Assembly: GCA_902835305.1 (NCBI GenBank)
Contig: CADFMD010000002.1
Span: 63,374-127,373, forward strand
Source: Coriobacteriaceae bacterium
GTDB lineage: Bacteria > Actinomycetota > Coriobacteriia > Coriobacteriales > Coriobacteriaceae
DNA length: 64,000 nucleotides
Direction: 5' to 3'
A program made the translations under genes and the position numbers. A model generated the notes under the pieces. The model saw only the letters and a program-made list of their open reading frames with translations, did not search any database and was not told the DNA's origin. Below, piece by piece: positions 41,962 through 51,191 of the stretch (its first letter is position 1; each line of letters starts with the position of its first letter).

Positions 41962-43380
41962 ATGGCTTACGACGCCAAGAAAATCTACTACCGCTTCGAT
42001 GACCATCTGAGCCGCCTGGTCTTGGATTATGAGGCGAGCCGCCAGATTTCGCCCGAAAGCGAAAACCTCTACTACGGCCTGCCGACTGATCCGTACGACG
42101 AGGGTCTGTTCGTCGAGCATAACGTCAAGCGCGGCCTGCGAAACGCCGACGGCTCGGGCGTGGTCGCGGGCCTCACTCGCATCTCGGATGTGCACGGCTA
42201 CAACAAGGTCGACGGAAAGGTCGTGCCCGATCAGGGCAAGCTCACGCTTCGCGGCTACAGCATCGAGGATCTGGTCAACAATGCCCAGGCCGAGAATCGC
42301 TACGGCTACGAGGAAGTCGCCTATCTGCTTATCACGGGTTCGCTACCCAACAAGGAAGAGCTCGACGGCTTTTGCGAGCGCCTGGGCGCCTTTAGACATC
42401 TGAGCGACGAGTACGTCAAAGAGTTCCCTATGACCACGGTGTCGTCGAGCATCATGAACGTGCTCCAGCGCGCCGTGCTGCTGCTCTACGCCTTCGATGC
42501 CGAACCAGACGTGATCACGCCCGAGCACGAAATCGACGTCGCCATTTCCATGCTCGCACGTCTCCCGCGCATCGCCGCCTTCGCACACATGGCCTCGATC
42601 GCCAAGCTTCGCGGCTCCGAGGTTCACGTGCCGCACCCCACGCCCGGTCTCTCCACCGCCGAGACCATCCTACAGGTCCTGCGCGGCGGCATGGCATTCA
42701 CCCGCGATGAGGCGATGCTGCTCGACGTTATGCTCATGCTGCATGCCGAGCACGGCGGCGGCAACAACTCCACCTTCGCCTGCCGCGTGCTGTCCTCTTC
42801 GGCAACCGACCCGTATTCCGCTTACGCCGCGGCTATCGGCTCGCTCAAGGGCCCGCGCCACGGCGGTGCCAATGCCAAGGTCGTGTCTATGCACGAGGAC
42901 ATCCGCGCGCATGTCTCCAACTGGGAGGACGAGGACGAGGTTGCAGCCTACCTGGGCAAGATTCTCGACAAGCAGGCCTTCGACGGCACGGGTCTCATCT
43001 ACGGTATGGGCCACGCCGTCTACACGCTGAGCGACCCGCGTGCCGAGGTGTGCCGCCGTTACGCGCGCTCACTGGCAGCCAAGAAGGACTTGGGCGAAGA
43101 GTTCGCACTCATCGAGCGCATCGAGCGCCTGGCACCGCAGGTGATGCGCGACCACGGCATGACCAAGCCCATCTGCGCCAACATCGACCTGTACACAGGC
43201 TTTATCTACAAGATGCTCGGCGTGCCCGAAACGCTCTTTACGCCGCTATTCGCCGTCGCCCGCATGGCCGGCTGGTCGGCACACCGCATGGAAGAGCTCT
43301 TCTGCGCGCACCGTATCATCCGCCCCGCCTATCGTCCGGTGATCGAGCCGCTGGAGTACAAGCCGCTCGCCGACCGCTAG
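41962..43380 (+). CDS. gltA: Citrate synthase-family enzyme
   Basis: Citrate synthase signature GMGHAVYTLSDPR and LHAEHGGGNNSTF..LKGPRHGGAN; 472 aa. Confidence 0.8.
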   Translation: MAYDAKKIYYRFDDHLSRLVLDYEASRQISPESENLYYGLPTDPYDEGLFVEHNVKRGLRNADGSGVVAGLTRISDVHGYNKVDGKVVPDQGKLTLRGYSIEDLVNNAQAENRYGYEEVAYLLITGSLPNKEELDGFCERLGAFRHLSDEYVKEFPMTTVSSSIMNVLQRAVLLLYAFDAEPDVITPEHEIDVAISMLARLPRIAAFAHMASIAKLRGSEVHVPHPTPGLSTAETILQVLRGGMAFTRDEAMLLDVMLMLHAEHGGGNNSTFACRVLSSSATDPYSAYAAAIGSLKGPRHGGANAKVVSMHEDIRAHVSNWEDEDEVAAYLGKILDKQAFDGTGLIYGMGHAVYTLSDPRAEVCRRYARSLAAKKDLGEEFALIERIERLAPQVMRDHGMTKPICANIDLYTGFIYKMLGVPETLFTPLFAVARMAGWSAHRMEELFCAHRIIRPAYRPVIEPLEYKPLADR

Positions 43381-43466
43381 GACGCGGACCGTTATAGAAC
43401 TCGAGCGTGGCCAGGGACCCAAGCCCTCGGCCACGCTTTTTATGCCAGTAGAAAGGACCGCATCAA

Positions 43467-44309
43467 ATGATTGTGTTTTCCGATATGGATGGGACGCTGC
43501 TGACGAGCGATAAGCAAATGAGCGATGCCACCTGGGCGATGCTCGACGAGCTCGCACATCGTGGCATCGAGTTTGTTCCCTGCACGGGACGTCCACTGTC
43601 GGGCATCTTTGAGCCCATTCTCGCCCATCCCGCCGTGCACTACGCGGTCTGTGCCAACGGCGCCAGCGTCTGGCAGCTCGACGAGGATACGCCCACCGAC
43701 GCCTCGCGCGCCACGTGCATCTTGAGCCGTCCGCTCGACCGTGGCATTGCCCACCGCATCCATCGCATTGCCGCCGGCCACGATGTGACCTTCGATATCT
43801 TCGCGGACGGGCAGTGCTTCCTCCCCCGCTCGCTCTACACGCGCCTGGACGAATTCTGCGGCGGCGACCCCCACATCGCGGCTTCGCTCAAGCGCACACG
43901 AACACCGATCGACATGAATATCGACAGCAAGATCGACGAGGTCGAGACGCTCGAACGCATCGCCATGTACTGGCACGACCCGGCCGATCGCGACGCCATC
44001 GCGGCGGAGCTCGACACGCTCGGAGGCATTGAGGTCACACGTTCGTACGCCATGAATATCGAGGTCATGGGCGAGGGCGCCACCAAGGGAACGGCCCTCA
44101 CGTGGCTATGCGAGCACTTGGGCGAGCGTCTCGCCGACGCCTGGGCGTTCGGCGACAACATCAACGACATTCCCATGCTGCAGGCAGCAGGCCACGGCAT
44201 GGCCATGGTCAACGGCGAGCCCGAAGACCGCGACGCCGCCGACGCCATCACCGAGTTCGACAACGACCACGACGGCGTCGCCCGCACCATCATGGCCGCC
44301 CTCGCCTAG
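43467..44309 (+). CDS. Cof-type HAD-IIB phosphatase
   Basis: N-terminal FSDMDGTLL (DxDGT), internal GD.ND motif. Confidence 0.8.
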   Translation: MIVFSDMDGTLLTSDKQMSDATWAMLDELAHRGIEFVPCTGRPLSGIFEPILAHPAVHYAVCANGASVWQLDEDTPTDASRATCILSRPLDRGIAHRIHRIAAGHDVTFDIFADGQCFLPRSLYTRLDEFCGGDPHIAASLKRTRTPIDMNIDSKIDEVETLERIAMYWHDPADRDAIAAELDTLGGIEVTRSYAMNIEVMGEGATKGTALTWLCEHLGERLADAWAFGDNINDIPMLQAAGHGMAMVNGEPEDRDAADAITEFDNDHDGVARTIMAALA

Positions 44310-44320
44310 TCATTGGCCAG

Positions 44321-44422
44321 TCACTGGGGACGTTCTTGAATGACTAGTCGTTGGGGACAGTCTTCGCGAAAAAGCTGCTGCAAGGACTGTCCCCCACTGC
44401 CGGCAGAAAAGGAACGTCCCCA
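44321..44422. repeat. Family-B GC-rich repeats: one inverted copy (44321-44362) and one direct copy (44382-44422)
   Basis: cactGGGGACGTTCTTgaatGACTAGTCgttGGGGACAgtc and caaggactGTCCCCcacTGCCGGCAgAAAAGGAACGTCCCC. Confidence 0.8.
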
Positions 44423-44431
44423 TCTGCCGGA

Positions 44432-45226
44432 TTAAGCGAGACTCTCCAGCACGCGACGGAGCTCCTGCTGGACGGCGTGGTCGCGATTACAACCCACCAC
44501 GCGATCGGCCACCGCCTTGAGCGCGGGGCGCGCGTTTCCCATCGCACAGCCCGTACCGACAAAGCGAATGATCTCGTAGTCGTTCATCGAGTCGCCAAAC
44601 GCCATGACCTCGTCGCGTTCGACGCCATAGTGCTCCATGAGCTGTGCGATGCCCGAGGCCTTCGACACACCGGGCTGCATGGCATCGATCCACGCGTTGC
44701 CCGAAGGCGCAAAAGTAAAGAGCTGACCGAGTTCACGCTGCAGTACGTAAGCGCTGTCCATAACGGCACCGTCATCGCAAAAGATACTCGCCTTGATGAT
44801 ATTTACGCTGGGATCGGGCAGCTCCCAAATACGCTCGGCATTGGGAAGGTCCTTATCGACCTCACGCACGAACTTGCACTCGTCATCGAGCAAGAAGGAC
44901 TTGGTTCGGTCAAAAAGCGCAAGATGCAGATTGGGAAACGTCGCGACGGCTTGGGCGAGCCTTCGAATCGCCAGGTGCGAATACACCTCACGGTCTACCA
45001 TCTTGCCGTCGGCGAAGACCTGGGCACCGTTAGCGGCGACAAAGTCCATCTTGTCGCGAACGGGCGCAAAGAACTCGCACAGGCGATCGTAGCGACGACC
45101 TGACGATGCGGCGAAATGCACGCCATGCTCGCGTAGCGCCAGAATCAGTTCGTAGGTCTCGGGAGGCACCTGGCCGTTTTCGTCAAGCAACGTGCCGTCC
45201 ATATCGGATGCAATCAGTTTAAACAT
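44432..45226 (-). CDS. Cof-type HAD-IIB phosphatase (second copy, convergent with the first)
   Basis: MFKLIASDMDGTLLDENG..; GDSMND motif. Confidence 0.8.
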   Translation of the reverse strand: MFKLIASDMDGTLLDENGQVPPETYELILALREHGVHFAASSGRRYDRLCEFFAPVRDKMDFVAANGAQVFADGKMVDREVYSHLAIRRLAQAVATFPNLHLALFDRTKSFLLDDECKFVREVDKDLPNAERIWELPDPSVNIIKASIFCDDGAVMDSAYVLQRELGQLFTFAPSGNAWIDAMQPGVSKASGIAQLMEHYGVERDEVMAFGDSMNDYEIIRFVGTGCAMGNARPALKAVADRVVGCNRDHAVQQELRRVLESLA

Positions 45227-45387
45227 AGAAAAGCTCCCTTCGGGCTTGTTGGAATCGAACGTGTATCCGATTCCAACGTACCCAAAGGGAGCTCAAATAA
45301 GACTCCGCGGGCGTAAACGTTACAAGGACCTGGCAAATAGCTCACACATGCCAGAGGTCTCACGGTCGCGGCGTCAGGCGACACGCC

Positions 45388-45438
45388 AAAGAGTGTCCCC
45401 AACGACTAGTCGTTTAAGAACGTCCCCGATGACTAGTC
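45388..45438. repeat. Family-B repeat copy, direct orientation, with GACTAGTC palindromes
   Basis: aaagagtGTCCCCaacGACTAGTCgtttaAGAACGTCCCCgatGACTAGTC is the reverse complement of the 44321-44362 copy at ~90% identity. Confidence 0.8.
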
Positions 45439-47253
45439 GGCGTAGGTGAAGGTTGTAACGTCGAACATGCCCTCGGGGCGGATGCGGAGCGTCGGGATCA
45501 CCGGCAGGGGCAGGAAAATGATGCCCATGATGGGGTCGAGCGGCGGCTCAATACCCATGGCGCGCGCCTTGACCATAAAGTCGTCGTGCTGCGCGGCAAC
45601 GTCCTCGGCCGTACCCTCGCTCATAAGGCCACCGAGCGCCAGCGGAATGCGCGCCACGACCTCGCCGTTGCGCACCAGCACGTGGCCGCCCTGGCCCACG
45701 GCCTCAACGGCAGCCATCATATCCGCCGCATTGTCGCCCACCACGCACACGTTATGCGAATCGTGGCCGATCGTGGAGGCAATGGCACCACCGGTGATGG
45801 TGAAACCGCGCACCCAACCGCGACCGATATGCTTGCCGACCAAGCCCAGACCGGCGGGGCCGTCGCCGTCGACACCCTCGACCTGCAACGACACGCCACG
45901 GCCATGGCGCTCAATCAGCATAATGCGGCGCAAGTCCTCGTCAGTCTCGGGGCGAATCATGCCCGTGATAGCCATGCCCGGGATCACATCGATAACGGCC
46001 TCGCCCGGCTTAAAGGCATAGTCGAACACATCGAGCGAAAGCTTCGGCAGCTTAACGGAGGCACGCAGCTCATCGGCAAGGGCCGCAACCTCGGCCATCT
46101 CGGGTGCAATCTCGCCCACAAAGGTGCCGTCCTGCGCCACCAGGGCACCGGCGGCATATACGCGATGCGGAGCCGTGGCAAACGTCAGATCATTGAGCAC
46201 CAGCAGGTCGGCACGCTTGCCCGGGGCAATCGCACCGCGTAGCTCGTACGGGTCGCGGCAGCCGTGATCCAGGCCAAACGCCTCGGCCGTGGAGAGGGAC
46301 GCCATAGAGATGGCAACCACGGGGTCAATGCCGGCCTCGATAGCCACACGGCAGGCGTTGTCGATCATACCGGTCGAAAGCGCGTCGGAGGGAGCACGGT
46401 CGTCGGTCGCAAAGCAGCAGCGGCGGGCACGGGCGGGGTTTTCCAGCAGCATCGGCGACAAGTTGGCCAGGTCATGGCTGCACGTACCCTCGCGCAGCAT
46501 CACATACATGCCGCGGGACAGCTTGTCGAGTGCCTCCTCGGGAATCGTCGACTCGTGGTCGGCGATAATGCCCGCCGCGGCATAGGCGTTGAGGTCCTTT
46601 CCGGCAACGAGCGGCGCGTGGCCGTCAACCTGCTTGGACGGCGTCTGGTTGGCAGCATCGATGCGAGCACAGGTCTCGGGGTCGCCCATAAAGACGCCCG
46701 GCAGGTTCATCATCTCACCCAGACCGAAGACATCGCCCGGATACTCGGCAAAAAACGCCTGCATATCGGCGGCGGTAATGACGGCACCGGCCTGCTCATC
46801 GGGCAGCGCGGGCACGCACGAGGGCATCATGTACTTGATGGAAATGGGCGCGCGACGGCCGTCCTCGATCATAAAGCGCAGGCCGTCCAGGCCGGAAACG
46901 TTGGCAATCTCGTGGCTGTCGGCAATGGCAGTGGTGGTGCCGCGCGTCGCCGCCATGCGCGCATACTCAGCAGGGCGGATGTTCGAAGATTCGATATGCA
47001 AGTGCCCGTCGATAAAACCGGGGGCAAGATAGCGGCCCTGGCAGTCGATGACTTCAGCCGCCTCGTAGGTGCCAGCAGCGTCATCGCGACCGTCGTAGAG
47101 CACGCCGACGATTACGCCATCCTTGACGGCAACGCTACCGGGCGCCACGCGCTGGCCATATACGTCGACAATCTGCGCATTGGTAAACAGCGTGTCGACG
47201 GGCACGCGACCCTCGGCAGCGTCGATCACAGACCTCATGACCTCAACGGACAT
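45433..47253 (-). CDS. ade: Adenine deaminase
   Basis: FIDGHLHIESS metal-binding motif, ~606 aa; start at ATG 47253 with RBS AAGGAG; the track ORF runs to 47442 through leader sequence. Confidence 0.85.
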   Translation of the reverse strand: MSVEVMRSVIDAAEGRVPVDTLFTNAQIVDVYGQRVAPGSVAVKDGVIVGVLYDGRDDAAGTYEAAEVIDCQGRYLAPGFIDGHLHIESSNIRPAEYARMAATRGTTTAIADSHEIANVSGLDGLRFMIEDGRRAPISIKYMMPSCVPALPDEQAGAVITAADMQAFFAEYPGDVFGLGEMMNLPGVFMGDPETCARIDAANQTPSKQVDGHAPLVAGKDLNAYAAAGIIADHESTIPEEALDKLSRGMYVMLREGTCSHDLANLSPMLLENPARARRCCFATDDRAPSDALSTGMIDNACRVAIEAGIDPVVAISMASLSTAEAFGLDHGCRDPYELRGAIAPGKRADLLVLNDLTFATAPHRVYAAGALVAQDGTFVGEIAPEMAEVAALADELRASVKLPKLSLDVFDYAFKPGEAVIDVIPGMAITGMIRPETDEDLRRIMLIERHGRGVSLQVEGVDGDGPAGLGLVGKHIGRGWVRGFTITGGAIASTIGHDSHNVCVVGDNAADMMAAVEAVGQGGHVLVRNGEVVARIPLALGGLMSEGTAEDVAAQHDDFMVKARAMGIEPPLDPIMGIIFLPLPVIPTLRIRPEGMFDVTTFTYAD

Positions 47254-47272
47254 ACATACTCCTTTAACCGTA

Positions 47273-47309
47273 GAAAAAAGCTGCGGGGCGGACAGACCTT
47301 CACCGCAGC
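47273..47309 (-). terminator. Intrinsic terminator-like hairpin plus U-tract located inside the ade 5' leader, ~20 nt upstream of the ade start codon
   Basis: On the minus strand GCTGCGG..(loop)..CCGCAGC followed by UUUUUUC; candidate attenuator or expression platform. Confidence 0.55.
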
Positions 47310-47625
47310 AAGTCAATAGCCATTGTATGCCCAAACGATGGGTCGGGAATACACCCCCTCCGCTTAACGGCACACGCCGCTTGGCGCAATGGGGACAGGT
47401 TGCTTTGTACCAATGACAAGGAGTGTCCCAAAGTGCCGGCACAAAAGGAACGTCCCCAAGTGCCGCAGAGTGGATAATCTCCCACTTTGAACCCCCAAGC
47501 AGGCCAAAAACGGAAGATTATCCACTCTCATTCTGTGGGCACTCATTTAAGTCTGTCCCCAATGAGTGCACCTAACTGCCACCTACAACAACGGAAGCGC
47601 CGATGTCTTGGCAACGACAGCGAAA

Positions 47626-47718
47626 ACCCGCCAGAGCGAGCAAGGTGCCTTGAAACGAGGCGGCATTGACCTTCTGGTCATGCCGCCGAAGTTGAAAGGC
47701 AGATTGCCGCGCTGGCGG
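47626..47718. ncRNA. Structured element, copy A (nested helices; a second copy lies at 59768-59896); strand unknown
   Basis: Outer stem CCCGCCAG/CTGGCGGG, middle GCCTTGAAA/TTGAAAGGC, inner GGCGGCAT/ATGCCGCC, with conserved loops; copy B keeps the same architecture with compensatory substitutions. Confidence 0.55.
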
Positions 47719-47762
47719 GTTTGCAGCGTCGACCGGTTACGCGGTTTGGTAAAACCGCGTAA

Positions 47763-48974
47763 CTAAATAAGCTTGAAGCCCTTGCGCTTGCCCACGGAGA
47801 GGGTGTCGCCCAGCTTGAGCGCGCTGGGGTCGATGTTGTAGCTCTTGGGAGCCACGGCCTCGCCATTAATCTTGACGCCGCCGCCGTCGATATCGCGACG
47901 GGCCTGGCCGGCGCTGGCCGAAAGTCCCAGATCCTTGAGCAGGCCGGCGAGGTAGATCTGACCCTCGTCGTTGACGGTCAGCTCGACATGCTTCTCGGGG
48001 AAGTCGGCGAGCTGGCCTTCCTTGAACACGCGGTCGAACTCGGCCTGAGCCTCGTCGCCGGCACCGGCGCCGTGGTAGGTGTCGCACAGGTCGCGGCCCA
48101 GGGCACGCTTGAGCTCATAGGGGTCGGCAGAGCCATCGGCCAAAGCGGCGTCGATCTTGTCGACCTCGGCCGGGGTGAGCGAGCTGGCCAGACGATAGTA
48201 CTTGCCGATCATCTCGTCGGGGATGGACATGGTCTTGCCGAACATATCCTTGGGGGCGTCGGTCAGGCCGATGTAGTTGCCATAGGACTTGGACATCTTA
48301 CGAACGCCATCGGTGCCCTCGAGCAGCGGCATGGTGAGCGCGATCTGGGGCTCCATGCCCATCTTCTCCATGAGCTCGCGGCCGGCGAGCAGGTTGAAGA
48401 GCTGATCGGTGCCACCCATCTCCACGTCGGCCTTGATCTGCACAGAGTCGAAGGCCTGCATCACGGGATACAGGAACTCATGCAGGGCGATCGGCGTCTG
48501 AGACTGGTAGCGCTTGGTAAAGTCGTCGCGCTCAAGGATGCGGGCAACGGTGAACTTGGAGCACACCTGCAGCAGACCGGCCAGATCCATCGACAGAATC
48601 CAGTCACCGTTGTGCACGATGGTGGTCTTCTCGGGGTCCAGGATCTTCATGGCCTGGCTCACGTAGGTCTCGGCATTGGCCTCGATCTGCTCCTGCGAAA
48701 GCTGCGGGCGGGTGGAGTTCTTGCCCGAGGGGTCGCCGATCAGCGCGGTGCCGTTGCCGATGATAAGGGTGACGTTGTGGCCCAGGTCCTGGAACTGGCG
48801 CATCTTGCGCAGCGGCACGGCATGGCCCAGGTGCAGGTCGGGGCTGGTGGGGTCGACGCCGAGCTTGATGTTGAGGGGCTCGCCCTTCTCAAGCTTCTTA
48901 CGAAGGTCGGCCTCGGGGACGATCTTCGCAGCGCCCGAGGTGATGATACGCATTTGCTCGTCAACAGACAGCAT
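47763..48974 (-). CDS. tyrS: Tyrosyl-tRNA synthetase
   Basis: HLGH and KMSKS class-I motifs, C-terminal S4 domain; RBS AAAAGGAGG. Confidence 0.9.
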   Translation of the reverse strand: MLSVDEQMRIITSGAAKIVPEADLRKKLEKGEPLNIKLGVDPTSPDLHLGHAVPLRKMRQFQDLGHNVTLIIGNGTALIGDPSGKNSTRPQLSQEQIEANAETYVSQAMKILDPEKTTIVHNGDWILSMDLAGLLQVCSKFTVARILERDDFTKRYQSQTPIALHEFLYPVMQAFDSVQIKADVEMGGTDQLFNLLAGRELMEKMGMEPQIALTMPLLEGTDGVRKMSKSYGNYIGLTDAPKDMFGKTMSIPDEMIGKYYRLASSLTPAEVDKIDAALADGSADPYELKRALGRDLCDTYHGAGAGDEAQAEFDRVFKEGQLADFPEKHVELTVNDEGQIYLAGLLKDLGLSASAGQARRDIDGGGVKINGEAVAPKSYNIDPSALKLGDTLSVGKRKGFKLI

Positions 48975-49070
48975 TGGGTATCCTCCTTTTGCTATAGCAC
49001 CCTCACCGGATACGGCGGTGCTGGAAGTCCATAAACTCTCATATGATAACAAACTGACGCGACGCGGCAC

Positions 49071-51056
49071 CTACGACAGGAAAATCCTCGTCCTGCCGCA
49101 CGCGTCAACGGCGACCGGCAGACGTGTACCGTCACGCTCGACCAGATAGCGTACCCGCCGACGACGCAAGCAGTCGCGGCAACGGACCTGTCCCGTCGCA
49201 TCGGTAGCGCAGACGCCCTCGGCGGTCAGCAGGCAGTGCTCGCACACCATAAGCTCGGGACGATCGGCGTCGACCGGACCCCAGACGCCGGGTTCAGCAG
49301 CCAGTTCGGCAATACGCTCCGCATCATTGCCGAGCAACTCGGCCGGCAAGTACACCCGCCCCGCACCGAGTTCGCGCAGCCAGGCAAGCGTGGCCCGATT
49401 CGCGCAGAACACCGGCGCCGCCACGTCAAACGTCACGCCCAGCTCGCGAGCGATCACCACCTGTCCTAGGTTGCGGCAGACGACGCGCCCGGCACGCTGT
49501 GTCAGTGAGCGGGTCCGGTCAGCGTCACCCGTGCGGCACACCTCGTCAAGCACCACAGCGGCGTCGGACAAATCGAGTTCTCCGCGCGGGTCGGCATCCA
49601 TCAGCTGCCAAGCAAAAACCATGCGAGCGGGAGCCGTGCACTCCACCAACTCCGTCGACGCACCGCCATCCACCGCAACGTCCTCAAAGGGCAGTACCTC
49701 AACGGCACGTGCAACGGGCGCAATCGCATCTGCCTCGGCCCGCATGCGCTCCAACACCGTTGCCGTTTGCCCCAGCACGCCGGCACTGCGAATCAGGTAC
49801 ACCTCGCAGCCCGCGTCCACCTTACGCTTGCAATGCACGACGACGCGCTTCCCCGCTGCGGCATCCACCGGGCAGGGCACCTGCGGCCAGCGCTTGGGCA
49901 CATCGGGACGCGCGTCGGCACCCGGATAGAACCGAATCTCGAGCGTGTCACCCGCCGCCACGGCGGCATCGAGCTCGACGGTCACTTCCTCGTGGCCAAC
50001 GGCCACCAGGCGTCCCACGCGCACACCTTGGTTGATCGCACGCTCAAAGCTCATAAGCTCGGCGCCCGAACGCCCCCGCAGATACGCGTCGGTAAACCCG
50101 CGGTTGAACGACCGGCCCAGCTCGCGTTCAAGCTCTTCCACGGCACCGGGGTCCCACGCGCCGTCGCACAGCATATCGAGCGCCCGGCGCCACACCCGCA
50201 CCACGTTAAAGACGTAGTCGGGATTCTTCATGCGCCCCTCGATCTTGAGCGACGCCACGCCGGCATCTACAAGCTCGGGCAGATGCGCAATACCCAGATA
50301 GTCGCGCGGGCACAGCAGGCGATCTCCCTCGACGGCGACAACGCTCTGTCCCGCCTCGTCCACCAGGTCGTACGCCAGACGGCACGGCTGTGTGCATTCC
50401 CCGCGCATCGCCGAGCGCCCGCGTCTCAGGGCTGAGAACTCACAAGCACCCGAGTAGCCAATGCAGATGGCCCCGTGGCAGAACACCTCGATAGGCACGC
50501 CCGTACCGCACAAGGAGGCAATCTCGTCGACCGTCAGCTCGCGTGCCGTCGTCACGCGTTCGACCCCCAGCTCATCGGCGGCAAGCCGCACGGCGCCTTC
50601 GCTATGAGCGCCCGCCTGCGTGGACAGGTGAATCTCGACCCCGGGAATCGCCGCGCGCAGCGCGCAGGCCAACCCGGCATCGGCGACAATCAGAGCATCG
50701 GCGCCCAGCTCTAGTGCATGAGCTCCCAACGCCACCGCGTCGGACAACTCGTCGTCAAATACGAACACGTTGAGCGTTACGTACACACGCACGCCATGGG
50801 CATGCGCCACGGCGCAGCCGCGTGCAAACTCGTCGTCGGTAAAACCGTGCGCACTCACACGGGCGTTAAAGCCGCCCAACCCCGCATAGATGGCATCGGC
50901 ACCCGCGGCGATGGCCGCAAGCATCTGGTCGAGCCCGCCCGCCGGCGCCAGCAGCTCGGGCAGCGCCGCACCGGCAGCATCCAATCCAGTCTCGTATTGT
51001 CCGCTCGGCCCCATCGTCCGAATCGCCATCGACAAACTCCTTACCAAGGTATGCAT
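49071..51056 (-). CDS. Peptidase U32-family protein
   Basis: U32 core with conserved Cys (..VFCHGAICIGYSGAC..); exact start uncertain (alternative MAIRT.. or MGPSG..). Confidence 0.7.
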   Translation of the reverse strand: MHTLVRSLSMAIRTMGPSGQYETGLDAAGAALPELLAPAGGLDQMLAAIAAGADAIYAGLGGFNARVSAHGFTDDEFARGCAVAHAHGVRVYVTLNVFVFDDELSDAVALGAHALELGADALIVADAGLACALRAAIPGVEIHLSTQAGAHSEGAVRLAADELGVERVTTARELTVDEIASLCGTGVPIEVFCHGAICIGYSGACEFSALRRGRSAMRGECTQPCRLAYDLVDEAGQSVVAVEGDRLLCPRDYLGIAHLPELVDAGVASLKIEGRMKNPDYVFNVVRVWRRALDMLCDGAWDPGAVEELERELGRSFNRGFTDAYLRGRSGAELMSFERAINQGVRVGRLVAVGHEEVTVELDAAVAAGDTLEIRFYPGADARPDVPKRWPQVPCPVDAAAGKRVVVHCKRKVDAGCEVYLIRSAGVLGQTATVLERMRAEADAIAPVARAVEVLPFEDVAVDGGASTELVECTAPARMVFAWQLMDADPRGELDLSDAAVVLDEVCRTGDADRTRSLTQRAGRVVCRNLGQVVIARELGVTFDVAAPVFCANRATLAWLRELGAGRVYLPAELLGNDAERIAELAAEPGVWGPVDADRPELMVCEHCLLTAEGVCATDATGQVRCRDCLRRRRVRYLVERDGTRLPVAVDACGRTRIFLS

Positions 51057-51191
51057 TCACTCTGAAAAATGCCGTCTTCCAGCATACACGAGGCCTCGCG
51101 CGCCCCGTTTGGTTTATCGTGTAATAACTTATGTCCATCCTGCCCCGACGGCACATCCACCGTCCGGCACGACATACCTGGAGGTCAATAT

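Noticed and set aside
47254-47762. Purine (adenine/guanine) riboswitch in the ade leader
   Set aside because: A terminator hairpin sits just 5' of the ade RBS, but the conserved purine-aptamer motifs (UAUA..P1, GUUUCUACC, CCGUAAAU) were not found by eye. Only the attenuator-like architecture is reported.
48975-49070. T-box leader 5' of tyrS
   Set aside because: Only ~95 nt separate tyrS from the upstream U32 peptidase gene. There is no T-box sequence (AAUUAGGGUGGNACCGCG-like) or specifier-loop architecture.
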